From: Nemertoderma westbladi
Taxonomy: Eukaryota > Animalia > Xenacoelomorpha
DNA length: 45,242 nt
Direction of reading: 5' to 3'
Assembly: GCA_032718475.1 (NCBI GenBank)
Contig: JAUCBJ010001676.1
Span: forward strand, 1 to 45,242
Shown here: piece after piece, positions 1-11,400 of the stretch
How the letters are laid out: each line of letters starts with the position of its first letter
How positions within the stretch are numbered: the stretch's first letter is position 1
The notes under the pieces: generated by a model
Database searches by the model: none
What the model was told of the DNA's origin: nothing
What the model saw: the letters and a program-made list of their open reading frames with translations, nothing else
Translations under genes and position numbers: made by a program

Positions 1-154
1 GTTGTGTCATACTATACTATACTGCTATATATCTCAGACTATTATACCTTTATGCATATTACCGAACATCAGAACTCTTTTACCTTTCACACACGGCGGG
101 GACGCGTGGATAGAAAACCCAACGGATAAACCGGGATCCGTAGATCCCGTCACA
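1..154 (+). mobile_element. 3' end of an LTR (solo or 3' LTR) related to the BEL/Pao LTRs at 31825 and 44958, in the opposite orientation, within a DNAJC13 intron
   Basis: Reverse complement reads TGTGACGGGATC..GGATCCCGGTTTATCCG..CACGCGTCCCCGCCGTGTGTGAA.GTAAAAGAGTT, closely matching 31825-31920. Ends in ...GTCACA and is followed directly by the microsatellite, with no internal element sequence. Confidence 0.85.
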
Positions 155-650
155 CTTTACTTTACTTTACTTTACTTTACTTTACTTTACTTTACTTTAC
201 TTTACTTTACTTTACTTTACTTTACTTTACTTTACTTTATTTTACTTTACTTTACTTTACTTTACTTTACTTTACTTTACTTTACTTTACTTTACTTTAC
301 TTTACTTTACTTTACTTTCGTATACTTTACTTTACTTTACTTTATTTTACTTTACTTTACCTTACTTTACTTTACTTTACTTTACTTTACTTTACTTTAC
401 TTTACTTTACTTTACTTTACTTTACTTTACTTTACTTTACTTTACTTTATTTTACTTTACTTTACTTTACTTTACTTTATTTTACTTTACTTTACTTTAC
501 TTTACTTTACTTTACTTTACTTTACTTTACTTTACTTTACATTACTTTACTTTACTTTACTTTACTTTACTTTACTTTACTTTACTTTACATTACTTTAC
601 TTTACTTTACTTTACTTTACTTTACTTTACTTTACTTTACTTTACTTTAC
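155..650 (+). repeat. (TTTAC)n microsatellite, ~99 units, ending directly at the acceptor AG (651-652)
   Basis: Directly visible pentamer array; ...tttactttacAG|GCGGAG. Confidence 0.98.
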
Positions 651-652
651 AG

Positions 653-883
653 GCGGAGTACCTCCACTCTCTCCGGGCTCTGAACGCTGTACACAACGCG
701 AACCATTCCTCCCCCTCCCAATCTCGTGAACGTATCAACCGTGTAGAGATTGCCCTGTTGGCCTTAGTTAACGTTATAAAGAACAACGCCGGCACCGAGT
801 TACAATGTATCAGCCATTTCCGACTGCTATTCTCTTTGCTACAACTCGATGGTTGTGGGAAACTGCAGCAACGAGCGTTAGAT
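653..883 (+). CDS. DNAJC13: DNAJC13/RME-8 coding exon (AEYLHSL...QQRALD), phase 0-0; gene starts upstream of the window
   Basis: AG at 651-652, GTAAGT at 884; 231 nt; peptide resembles the RME-8 C-terminal armadillo-like region and splices in frame to the next exon. Confidence 0.9.
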
Positions 884-1254
884 GTAAGTGTTGGTGATTC
901 GCTAAATATATCATTTTATATGTATCATTTAAAGGATGTAAATTACCAGATTGCAAATAGTCAGCTTGGTTAAAAAAATCGTGTGGGAGTGGTACTGTCT
1001 AGTGGAAAGGTAAGAATGTGTTCTACAATATTCACTTTATATTACATTTACCAACTTAACTTAAATTGAAGGCCTCGCCTTATTACTATAAACACAATAC
1101 ATTACTTTATTTCCAAGTGAATAACGTAACATGCGCTGTAGTACCGGTAACATAAGCGAACGAAAATTAAAAAATACAACTTTTTATTAATAATTTTATC
1201 TCATACGTTTCTTTTTGGTTTCATAATCTTTAATATTTTTGTACTACATTACAG

Positions 1255-1429
1255 GTAATTGCATTAGTTACGGCTAACCATATGTGCATTACCAGTATTG
1301 CCGATTCCGCTGTTCTTCCATATTTACTGATGGTGACGGAAAGTTTGGTATCCAGTCGGTTGTCTGTTTTATCTGCATTACAAGCCCTCGCATCAAACAC
1401 TAAAATTATTAAGGAATCCGTTAATAAAG
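1255..1429 (+). CDS. DNAJC13: DNAJC13 exon (VIALVTANHMCITSIADS...ALASNTKIIKESVNK/G), phase 0-1
   Basis: tacAG acceptor, GTTAGC donor at 1430; 175 nt open frame; ALASNTKIIKE motif typical of RME-8. Not in the ORF track. Confidence 0.9.
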
Positions 1430-1451
1430 GTTAGCAATCTCTGCAATCTAA

Positions 1452-1696
1452 TTGTTTACCCTCGTTGCTAGGTACTCCCTTTTATTTGTTTATCTCCGTT
1501 GCTAGGTGCTCTAACTTACTTTGTTTACCCCCGTTGCTAGGAGATCTAGTTTACTTTGTTTACCCCCGTTGCTAGGTGCTCTAATTTACTTTGTTTACCC
1601 CCGTTGCTAGGTGCTCTAACTTACTTTGTTTACCCCCGTTGCTAGGTGATCTAGTTTACTTTGTTTACCCCCGTTGCTAGGTGCTCTAATTTACTT
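1452..1696 (+). repeat. 35-bp minisatellite, ~7 copies, spanning the intron/exon acceptor
   Basis: Unit TTGTTTACCCCCGTTGCTAG|GTGCTCTAATTTACT; AGs end at 1471, 1505, 1540, 1575, 1610, 1645 and 1680; only the last gives the open exon. Confidence 0.95.
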
Positions 1697-1881
1697 GCTC
1701 GATATGTTCTGTAACGCCACCATACCCCAGGTCCGCGAACTCACCGTAGAAGTTTTCTCCAAGTTTATGGCTGACAAACTCGTTGGTCCTAAAATTCGTA
1801 TATTATTAATGAAATTCTTGCCGCCGATATTTATGGACGCGATGAGGGACAGCGCTGCTACTGTGGTACATATGTTCGAAG
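1681..1881 (+). CDS. DNAJC13: DNAJC13 exon ([12 protein letters not shown]...[14 protein letters not shown]...HMFE/G), phase 1-1
   Basis: Highly conserved RME-8 motifs [34 protein letters not shown]; AG at 1679-1680, GTGAGT at 1882. Confidence 0.95.
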
Positions 1882-2000
1882 GTGAGTAGATAGTTTACAT
1901 TTCATTTCCCAGACGCCAGATTATCCATACAATCTGTATACTGGAAATGCCTATACGCAAAATATTTATAAGTATAGATTCAGGAAATATATTCGTCAAT

Positions 2001-2073
2001 GACGTCCAGGTGGGATCGAACTGGTGACCTCCGCATTGGAAGTCTGACGCTCTAACCATTCAGCTATCGGCTC
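2001..2073 (-). mobile_element. tRNA-derived SINE head or tRNA pseudogene
   Basis: Minus strand GAGCCGATAGCTGAATGGTTAGAGCG...CCAGTTCGATCCCACCTGG has Pol III A and B boxes, but acceptor and anticodon stems pair poorly. Confidence 0.65.
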
Positions 2074-2333
2074 TTATAAAAGATAGGCCTGAAAATAATA
2101 TTTGATACCTTGTATATCCGCAATTTACATCCTCATGGCCTCCCACCTGCCAATACCGTAATCTGCTAGCAACCATTATAGTGCTCAACCCTAACTGAAC
2201 TTGGCCGTCAATGAATAAATATGTTAAAAAATGTTAATATCCAAACTAATCTAACACTTAATAAGAATTGGCGTCATTATAGTTATTGATGATATATATT
2301 ATTTGTGTTTAAATATTTATTTAATTATTTTAG

Positions 2334-2424
2334 GTGTACACGAGAATCCTGAATTAATTTGGAAGGAAGAAGCCCGGGAGAAGGTCTGTACGGTAACGGC
2401 GAGAATGAAACAATCCTTCTGCAA
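2334..2424 (+). CDS. DNAJC13: DNAJC13 exon (GVHENPELIWKEEAREKV...SFC/K), phase 1-2
   Basis: HENPELIW motif; tttTAG acceptor, GTTAGT donor at 2425; phase matches the exon at 8222. Confidence 0.93.
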
Positions 2425-2607
2425 GTTAGTGTAACTCGCTCTAAATCACGAGAAGTTGCCGAATTTAAGTTAAATTTTAGTCAAATCATTGGAATTAGGT
2501 CTTTTCGAGTTGAACCCAACTGTTAATATAGTAGCAACCAATGTCAGTGTGAATTAATAGTGAGAGTCACGTCGTTAAAAAGTGTGGCACGACAAAGAAT
2601 ATTCAAC

Positions 2608-5600
2608 CTGTAATGTTTTTCTCTATCCATGCCCCTAATGTTATTGTCTGCCTCTGTAACGTTTTTCACTATCCATGCCCCTAATGTTATTGTCTGTCTC
2701 TGCAACGTTTTTGTCCATCCCTTTCCCTGTAACGTTTTTCTCTATCCATGCCCCTAATGTTATTGTCTGTCTCTGTAACGTTTTTGTCCATCCCTTTCTC
2801 TGTATAACGTTTTTCTCTATCCATGCCCCTGTAATGTCATTGTCTGTCTCTGTAACGTTTTTCTCTATCCATGCCCCTAATGTTATTGTCTGTCTCTGTA
2901 ACGTTTTTGTCCATCCCTTTCTCTGTATAACGTTTTTCTCTATCCATGCCCCTGTGATGTTATTGTCTGTCTCTGTAACGTTTTTCACTATCCATGCCCC
3001 TAATGTTATTGTCTGTCTCTGCAACGTTTTTGTCCATCCCTTTCTCTGTAACGTTTTTCTCTATCCATGCCCCTGTAATGTTATTGTCTGTCTCTGTAAC
3101 GTTTTTCTCTATCCATGCCCCTGTGATGTTATTGTCTGTCTCTGTAACGTTTTTGTCCATCCCTTTCTCTGTAACGTTTTTCTCTATCCATGCCCCTGTA
3201 ATGTTAATAATGTCTGTCTCTGTAACGTTTTTCTCTATCCATGCCCCTGTGATGTTATTGTCTGTCTCTGTAACGTTTTTCTCTACCCATGCCCCTGTAA
3301 TGTTATTGTTTGTCTCTGTAACGTTTTTCTCTATCCATGCCCCTGTAATGTTATTGTCTGTCTCTGTAACGTTTTTGTCCATCCCTTTCTCTGTATAACG
3401 TTTTTCTCTATCCATGCCCCTGTAATGTTATTGTCTGTCTCTGTAACGTTTTTCTCTATCCATGCCCCTAATGTTATTGTCTGTCTCTGTAACGTTTTTG
3501 TCCATCCCTTTCTCTGTATAACGTTTTTCTCTATCCATGCCCCTGTGATGTTATTGTCTATCTCTGTAACGTTTTTCACTATCCATGCCCCTAATGTTAT
3601 TGTCTGTCTCTGCAACGTTTTTGTCCATCCCTTTCTCTGTAACGTTTTTTCTACCCATGCCCCTGTAATGTTATTGTCTGTCTCTGTAACGTTTTTGTCC
3701 ATCCCTTTCTCTGTAACGTTTTTCTCTATCCATTCCCCTGTAATGTTATTGTCTGTCTCTGTAACGTTTTTCTCTATCCATGCCCCTGTAATGTTTTTGT
3801 TTGTCTCTGTAACGTTTTTTCTACCCATGCCCCTGTAATGTTATTGTCTGTCTCTGTAACGTTTTTGTCAATCCCTTTCCCTGTAACATTTTTCTCTATC
3901 CATGCCCCTGTAATGTTATTGTCTGTCTCTGTAACGTTTTTCTCTAGCCATGCCCCTGTAATGTTTTTCTCTATCCATGCCCCTAATGTTATTGTCTGTC
4001 TCTGTAACGTTTTTGTCCATCCCTTTCCCTGTAACGTTTTTCTCTATCCATGCCCCTAATGTTATTGTCTGTCTCTGCAACGTTTTTGTCCATCCCTTTC
4101 TCTGTAACGTTTTTCTCTATCTATGCCACTGTAATGTTATTGTCTGTCTCTGTAACGTTTTTGTCCATCCCTTTCTCTGTAACGTTTTTCTCTATCCATG
4201 CCCCTGTAATGTTATTGTCTGTCTCTGTAACGTTTTTCTCTAGCCATGCCCCTGTAATGTTATTGTTTGTCTCTGTAACGTTTTTTCTACCCATGCCCCT
4301 GTAATGTTATTGTCTGTCTCTGTAACGTTTTTGTCCATCCCTTTCTCTGTAACGTTTTTCTCTATCCATGCCCCTGTAATGTTATTGTCTGTCTCTGTAA
4401 CGTTTTGTCCATCCCTTTCTCTGTAACGTTTTTCTCTATCTATGCCACTGTAATGTTATTGCCTGTCTCTGTAACGTTTTTGTCCATCCCTTTCTCTGTA
4501 ACGTTTTTCTCTATCCATGCCCCTGTAATGTTATTGTCTGTCTCTGTAACGTTTTTGTCCATCCCTTTCTCTGTAACGTTTTTCTCTATCCATGCCCCTG
4601 TAATGTTATTGTCTGTCTCTGCAACGTTTTTCTCTATCCATGCCCCTGTAATGTTATTGTCTGTCTCTGTAACGTTTTTGTCCATCCCTTTCTCTGTAAC
4701 GTTTTTCTCTATCCATGCCCCTGTAATGTTATTGTCTGTCTCTGTAACGTTTTTCTCTAGCCATGCCCCTGTAATGTTATTGTTTGTCTCTGTAACGTTT
4801 TTTCTATCCATGCCCCTGTAATGTTATTGTCTGTCTCTGTAACGTTTTTGTCCATCCCTTTCTCTGTAACGTTTTTCTCTATCCATGCCCCTGTAATGTT
4901 ATTGTCTGTCTCTGTAACGTTTTGTCCATCCCTTTCTCTCTAACGTTTTTCTCTATCCATGCCCCTGTAATGTTATTGTCTGTCTCTGTAACGTTTTTGT
5001 CCATCCCTTTCTCTGTAACGTTTTACTCTATCCATGCCCCTGTAATGTTATTGTCTGTCTCTGTAACGTTTTTGTCCATCCCTTTCTCTGTAACGTTTTT
5101 CTCTATCCATGCCCCTGTAATGTTATTGTCTGTCTCTGTAACGTTTTTGTCCATCCCTTTCTCTGTAACGTTTTTCTCTATCCATGCCCCTAATGTTATT
5201 GTCTGTCTCTGTAACGTTTTTGTCCATCCCTTTCTCTGTAACGTTTTTCTCTATCCATGCCCCTGTAATGTTATTGTCTGTCTCTGTAACGTTTTTCTCT
5301 AGCCATGCCCCTGTAATGTTATTGTTTGTCTCTGTAACGTTTTTTCTATCCATGCCCCTGTAATGTTATTGTCTGTCTCTGTAACGTTTTTGTCCATCCC
5401 TTTCCCTGTAACGTTTTTCTCTATCCATGCCCCTGTAATGTTATTGTCTGTCTCTGTAACGTTTTTGTCCATCCCTTTCTCTGTAACGTTTTTCTCTATC
5501 CATGCCCCTGTAATGTTATTGTCTGTCTCTGTAACGTTTTTGTCCATCCCTTTCTCTGTAACGTTTTTCTCTATCCATGCCCCTGTAATGTTATTGTCTG

Positions 5601-7948
5601 TCTCTGTAACGTTTTTGTCCATCCCTTTCTCTGTAACGTTTTTCTCTATCCTGGCCCCTGTAATGTTATTGTCTGTCTCTGTAACGTTTTTCTCTATCCA
5701 TGCCCCTGTAATGTTATTGTCTGTCTCTGTAACGTTTTTGTCCATCCCTTTCTCTGTAACGTTTTTCTCTATCCATGCCCCTGTAATGTTATTGTCTGTC
5801 TCTGTAACGTTTTTGTCCATCCCTTTCTCTGTAACGTTTTTCTCTATCCATGCCCCTGTAATGTTATTGTCTGTCTCTGTAACGTTTTTCTCTAGCCATG
5901 CCCCTGTAATGTTATTGTTTGTCTCTGTAACGTTTTTTCTATCCATGCCCCTGTAATGTTATTGTCTGTCTCTGTAACGTTTTTGTCCATCCCTTTCTCT
6001 GTAACGTTTTTCTCTATCCATGCCCCTGTAATGTTATTGTCTGTCTCTGTAACGTTTTGTCCATCCCTTTCTCTGTAACGTTTTTCTCTATCTATGCCAC
6101 TGTAATGTTATTGCCTGTCTCTGTAACGTTTTTGTCCATCCCTTTCTCTGTAACGTTTTTCTCTATCCATGCCCCTGTAATGTTATTGTCTGTCTCTGTA
6201 ACGTTTTTGTCCATCCCTTTCTCTGTAACGTTTTTCTCTATCCATGCCCCTGTAATGTTATTGTCTGTCTCTGTAACGTTTTTGTCCATCCCTTTCTCTG
6301 TAACGTTTTTCTCTATCCATGCCCCTGTAATGTTATTGTCTGTCTCTGTAACGTTTTTGTCCATCCCTTTCTCTGTAACGTTTTTCTCTATCCTGGCCCC
6401 TGTAATGTTATTGTCTGTCTCTGTAACGTTTTTCTCTATCCATGCCCCTGTAATGTTATTGTCTGTCTCTGTAACGTTTTTGTCCATCCCTTTCTCTGTA
6501 ACGTTTTTCTCTATCCATGCCCCTGTAATGTTATTGTCTGTCTCTGTAACGTTTTTGTCCATCCCTTTCTCTGTAACGTTTTTCTCTATCCATGCCCCTG
6601 TAATGTTATTGTCTGTCTCTGTAACGTTTTTCTCTAGCCATGCCCCTGTAATGTTATTGTCTGTCTCTGTAACGTTTTTGTCCATCCCTTTCTCTGTAAC
6701 GTTTTTCTCTATCCATGCCCCTGTAATGTTCTTGTCTGTCTCTGTAACGTTTTTCTCTAGCCATGCCCCTGTAATGTTATTGTCTGTCTCTGTAACGTTT
6801 TTGTCCATCCCTTTCTCTGTAACGTTTTTCTCTATCCATGCCCCTGTAATGTTATTGTCTGTCTCTGTAACGTTTTTCTCTATCCATGCCCCTGTAATGT
6901 TATTGTCTGTCTCTGTAACGTTTTTCTCTATCCATGCCCCTGTAATGTTATTGTCTGCCTCTGTAACGTTTTTATCTATCCATGCCCCTGTAATGTTATT
7001 GTCTGTCTCTGTAACGTTTTTGTCCATCCCTTTCTCTGTAACGTTTTTCTCTATCCATGCCCCTGTAATGTTATTGTCTGTCTCTGTAACGTTTTTGTCC
7101 ATCCCTTTCTCCCGAACGTTTTTCTCTATCCATGCCCCTGTAATGTTATTGTCTGTCTCTGTATAACGTTTTTGTCCATCCCTTTCTCTGTAACGTTTTT
7201 CTCTATCCATGCCCCTGTAATGTTATTGTCTGTCTCTGTAACGTTTTGTCCATCCCTTTCTCTGTAACGTTTTTCTCTATCTATGCCACTGTAATGTTAT
7301 TGCCTGTCTCTGTAACGTTTTTGTCCATCCCTTTCTCTGTAACGTTTATCTCTATCCATGCCCCTGTAATGTTATTGTCTGTCTCTGTAACGTTTTTCTC
7401 TATCCATGCCCATGTAATGTTATTGTCTGTCTCTGTAACGTTTTTCTCTATCCATGCCCCTGTAATGTTATTGTCTGTCTCTGTAACGTTTTTGTCCATC
7501 CCTTTCTCTGTAACGTTTTTCTCTATCCATGCCCCTGTAATGTTATTGTCTGTCTCTGTAACGTTTTTGTCCATCCCTTTCTCCCGAACGTTTTTCTCTA
7601 TCCATGCCCCTGTAATGTTATTGTCTGTCTCTGTATAACGTTTTTGTCCATCCCTTTCTCTGTAACGTTTTTCTCTATCCATGCCCCTGTAATGTTATTG
7701 TCTGTCTCTGTAACGTTTTGTCCATCCCTTTCTCTGTAACGTTTTTCTCTATCTATGCCACTGTAATGTTATTGCCTGTCTCTGTAACGTTTTTGTCCAT
7801 CCCTTTCTCTGTAACGTTTATCTCTATCCATGCCCCTGTAATGTTATTGTCTGTCTCTGTAACGTTTTTCTCTATCCATGCCCCTGTAATGTTATTGTCT
7901 GTCTCTGTAACGTTTTTCTCTATACATGCCCCTGTAATGTTATTGTCT
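2608..7948. repeat. Composite intronic minisatellite of three related subunits (27+27+21 = 75 bp)
   Basis: Subunits CTGTAACGTTTTTGTCCATCCCTTTCT, CTGTAACGTTTTTCTCTATCCATGCCC and CTGTAATGTTATTGTCTGTCT in variable order. Confidence 0.97.
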
Positions 7949-8221
7949 TTGTCGGGTTGTCTATATCGGCTGTATGGCTTTTTTATCTATATAGTTATTA
8001 AGTATATACTCGAATATTAATTATAATATTAATTACGTTTTACGTTTTACGTTAAAATTTTGTCGTTTCTAATACAAAAGAGCCTATTTTTAATGTATTA
8101 CATTTATTTGGTATTGTTTAATAATAATGTAATAATATATTGTCACTTTATTTATTAATTAAGAAATTCGAAGCAGTTCATTTTGCTCAATGTTATTAAT
8201 TATTAAATATAATTTTCCCAG

Positions 8222-8429
8222 GGAGCAGAAAGCCAATCCAGATATAAATTGGCGTCTTCCGGAAGACTTCGCCGTAGTTTACGCTGATATTGAGGGAGAA
8301 TTAGTTATAGGGGGAGTTTATTTAAGATTGTACATCTCGCAACCGGCGTGGGTCCTACGGAAACCTAAAGAATTCCTTGTGGAAATATTAGATAAACTCA
8401 TTCAACTTAGCAGTTACCAAAACCCACAG
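8222..8429 (+). CDS. DNAJC13: DNAJC13 exon (EQKANPDINWRLPEDFAVVY...GGVYLRLYISQPAWVLRKPKEFL...NPQ), phase 2-0
   Basis: Conserved W.LPEDF and GGV.LR...QPAWVLRKP.EFL motifs; ttcccAG acceptor, CAG|GTAAGT donor at 8430. Confidence 0.95.
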
Positions 8430-11400
8430 GTAAGTGGGACCTGGAAATATTAGATAAACTCATTCAACTTAGCAGTTACCAAAACCCACAAGTAAGTGGG
8501 ACCTGGAAATATTAGATAAACTCATTCAACTTAGCAGCTACCAAAGCCCACAGGGAAGTGGGACCTGGAAATATTAGATAAACTCATTCAACTTAGCAGT
8601 TACCAAAACCCACAAGTAAGTGGGACCTGGAAATATTAGATAAACTCATTCAACTTAGCAGCTACCAAAGCCCACAGGTAAGTGGGACCTGGAAATATTA
8701 GATAAACTCATTCAACTTAGCAGTTACCAAAACCCATAGGTAAGTGGGACCTGGAAATATTAGATAAACTCATTCAACTTAGCAGTTACCAAAACCCACA
8801 GGGAAGTGGGACCTGGAAATATTAGATAAACTCATTCAACTTAGCAGCTACCAAAGCCCACAGGGAAGTGGGACCTGGAAATATTAGATAAACTCATTCA
8901 ACTTAGCAGTTACCAAAACCCATAGGTAAGTGGGACCTGGAAATATTAGATAAACTCATTCAACTTAGCAGCTACCAAAGCCCACAGGGAAGTGGGACCT
9001 GGAAATATTAGATAAACTCATTCAACTTAGCAGTTACCAAAACCCACAGGTAAGTGGGACCTGGAAATATTAGATAAATTCATTCAACTTAGCAGTTACC
9101 AAAACCCATAGGTAAGTGGTACCTGGAAATATTAGATAAACTCATTCAACTTAGCAGCTACCAAAGCCCACAGGGAAGTGGGACCTGGAAATATTAGATA
9201 AACTCATTCAACTTAGCAGTTACCAAAACCCACAGGTAAGTGGGACCTGGAAATATTAGATAAACTCATTCAACTTAGCAGCTACCAAAGCCCACAGGGA
9301 AGTGGGACCTAGAAATATTAGATAAACTCATTCAACTTAGCAGTAACCAAAACCCACAGGTAAGTGGGACCTGGAAATATTAGATAAATTCATTCAACTT
9401 AGCAGTTACCAAAACCCATAGGTAAGTGGTACCTGGAAATATTAGATAAACTCATTCAACTTAGCAGCTACCAAAGCCCACAGGGAAGTGGGACCTGGAA
9501 ATATTAGATAAACTCATTCAACTTAGCAGTTACCAAAACTCACAGGTAAGTGGGACCTGGAAATATTAGATAAACTCATTCAACTTAGCAGTTACCAAAG
9601 CCCACAGGGAAGTGGGACCTGGAAATATTAGATAAACTCATTCAACTTAGCAGTTACCAAAACCCACAGGTAAGTGGGACCTGGAAATATTAGATAAACT
9701 CATTCAACTTAGCAGTTACCAAAACCCACAGGTTAGTGCGACCTGGAAATATTAGATAAACTCATTCAACTTAGCAGCTACCAAAACCCACAGGGAAGTG
9801 GGACCTGGAAATATTAGATAAACTCATTCAACTTAGCAGTTACCAAAGCCCACAGGGAAGTGGGACCTGGAAATATTAGATAAACTCATTCAACTTAGCA
9901 GTTACCAAAACCCACAGGTAAGTGGGACCTGGAAATATTAGATAAACTCATTCAACTTAGCAGTTACCAAAACCCACAGGTTAGTGCGACCTGGAAATAT
10001 TAGATAAACTCATTCAACTTAGCAGCTACCAAAACCCACAGGGAAGTGGTACCTGGAAATATTAGATAAACTCATTCAACTTAGCAGCTACCAAAGCCCA
10101 CAGGGAAGTGGGACCTGGAAATATTAGATAAACTCATTCAACGCAGTTACCAAAACCCACAGGTAAGTGGGACCTGGAAATATTAGATAAACTCATTCAA
10201 CTTAGCAGTTACCAAAACCCACAGGGAAGTGGGACCTGGAAATATTAGATAAACTCATTCAACTTAGCAGCTACCAAAACCCACAGGGAAGTGGGACCTG
10301 GAAATATTAGATAAACTCATTCAACTTAGCAGTTACCAAAACCCACAGGTAAGTGGGACCTGGAAATATTAGATAAACTCATTCAACTTAGCATTTACCA
10401 AAACCCACAGGTAAGTGGGACCTGGAAATATTAGATAAACTCATTCAACTTAGCATTTACCAAAACCCACAGGTAAGTGGGACCTGGAAATATTAGATAA
10501 ACTCATTCAACTTAGCAGCTACCAAAGCCCACAGGGAAGTGGGACCTGGAAATATTAGATAAACTCATTCAACTTAGCAGTTACCAAAACCCACAGGGAA
10601 GTGGGACCTGGAAATATTAGATAAACTCATTCAACTTAGCAGTTACCAAAACCCACAGGGAAGTGGGACCTGGAAATATTAGATAAACTCATTCAACTTA
10701 GCAGCTATCAAAACCCATAGGTAAGTGGGACCTGGAAATATTAGATAAACTCATTCAACTTAGCAGTTACCAAAACCCACAGGGAAGTGGGACCTGGAAA
10801 TATTAGATAAACTCATTCAACTTAGCAGTTACCAAAACCCACAGGGAAGTGGGACCTGGAAATATTAGATAAACTCATTCAACTTAGCAGCTACCAAAAC
10901 CCATAGGTAAGTGGGACCTGGAAATATTAGATAAACTCATTCAACTTAGCAGCTACCAAAACCCATAGGTAAGTGGTACCTGGAAATATTAGATAAACTC
11001 ATTCAACTTAGCAGTTACCAAAACCCACAGGGAAGTGGGACCTGGAAATATTAGATAAACTCATTCAACTTAGCAGTTACCAAAACCCACAGGGAAGTGG
11101 GACCTGGAAATATTAGATAAACTCATTCAACTTAGCAGCTACCAAAACCCACAGGGAAGTGGTACCTGGAAATATTAGATAAACTCATTCAACTTAGCAG
11201 TTACCAAAACCCACAGGTAAGTGGGACCTGGAAATATTAGATAAACTCATTCAACTTAGCAGCTACCAAAACCCACAGGTAAATGGGACCTGGAAATATT
11301 AGATAAACTCATTCAACTTAGCAGTTACCAAAACCCACAGGGAAGTGGGACCTGGAAATATTAGATAAACTCATTCAACTTAGCAGTTACCAAAACCCAC

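Noticed and set aside
2-652. Long (LLYFT)n ORF in the track
   Set aside because: Translation of the TTTAC microsatellite and LTR; only 653-883 is a real exon.
2001-2073. Functional tRNA gene
   Set aside because: A and B boxes are present but the acceptor and anticodon stems do not pair well; treated as SINE or pseudogene.
2641-8020. Many repetitive ORFs on both strands, including minus-strand EKNVTETDNNITGAW peptides rich in N-x-T sequons
   Set aside because: Open frames follow from subunit lengths being multiples of 3; frequent 1-2-bp indels break the frames and the region is a DNAJC13 intron.
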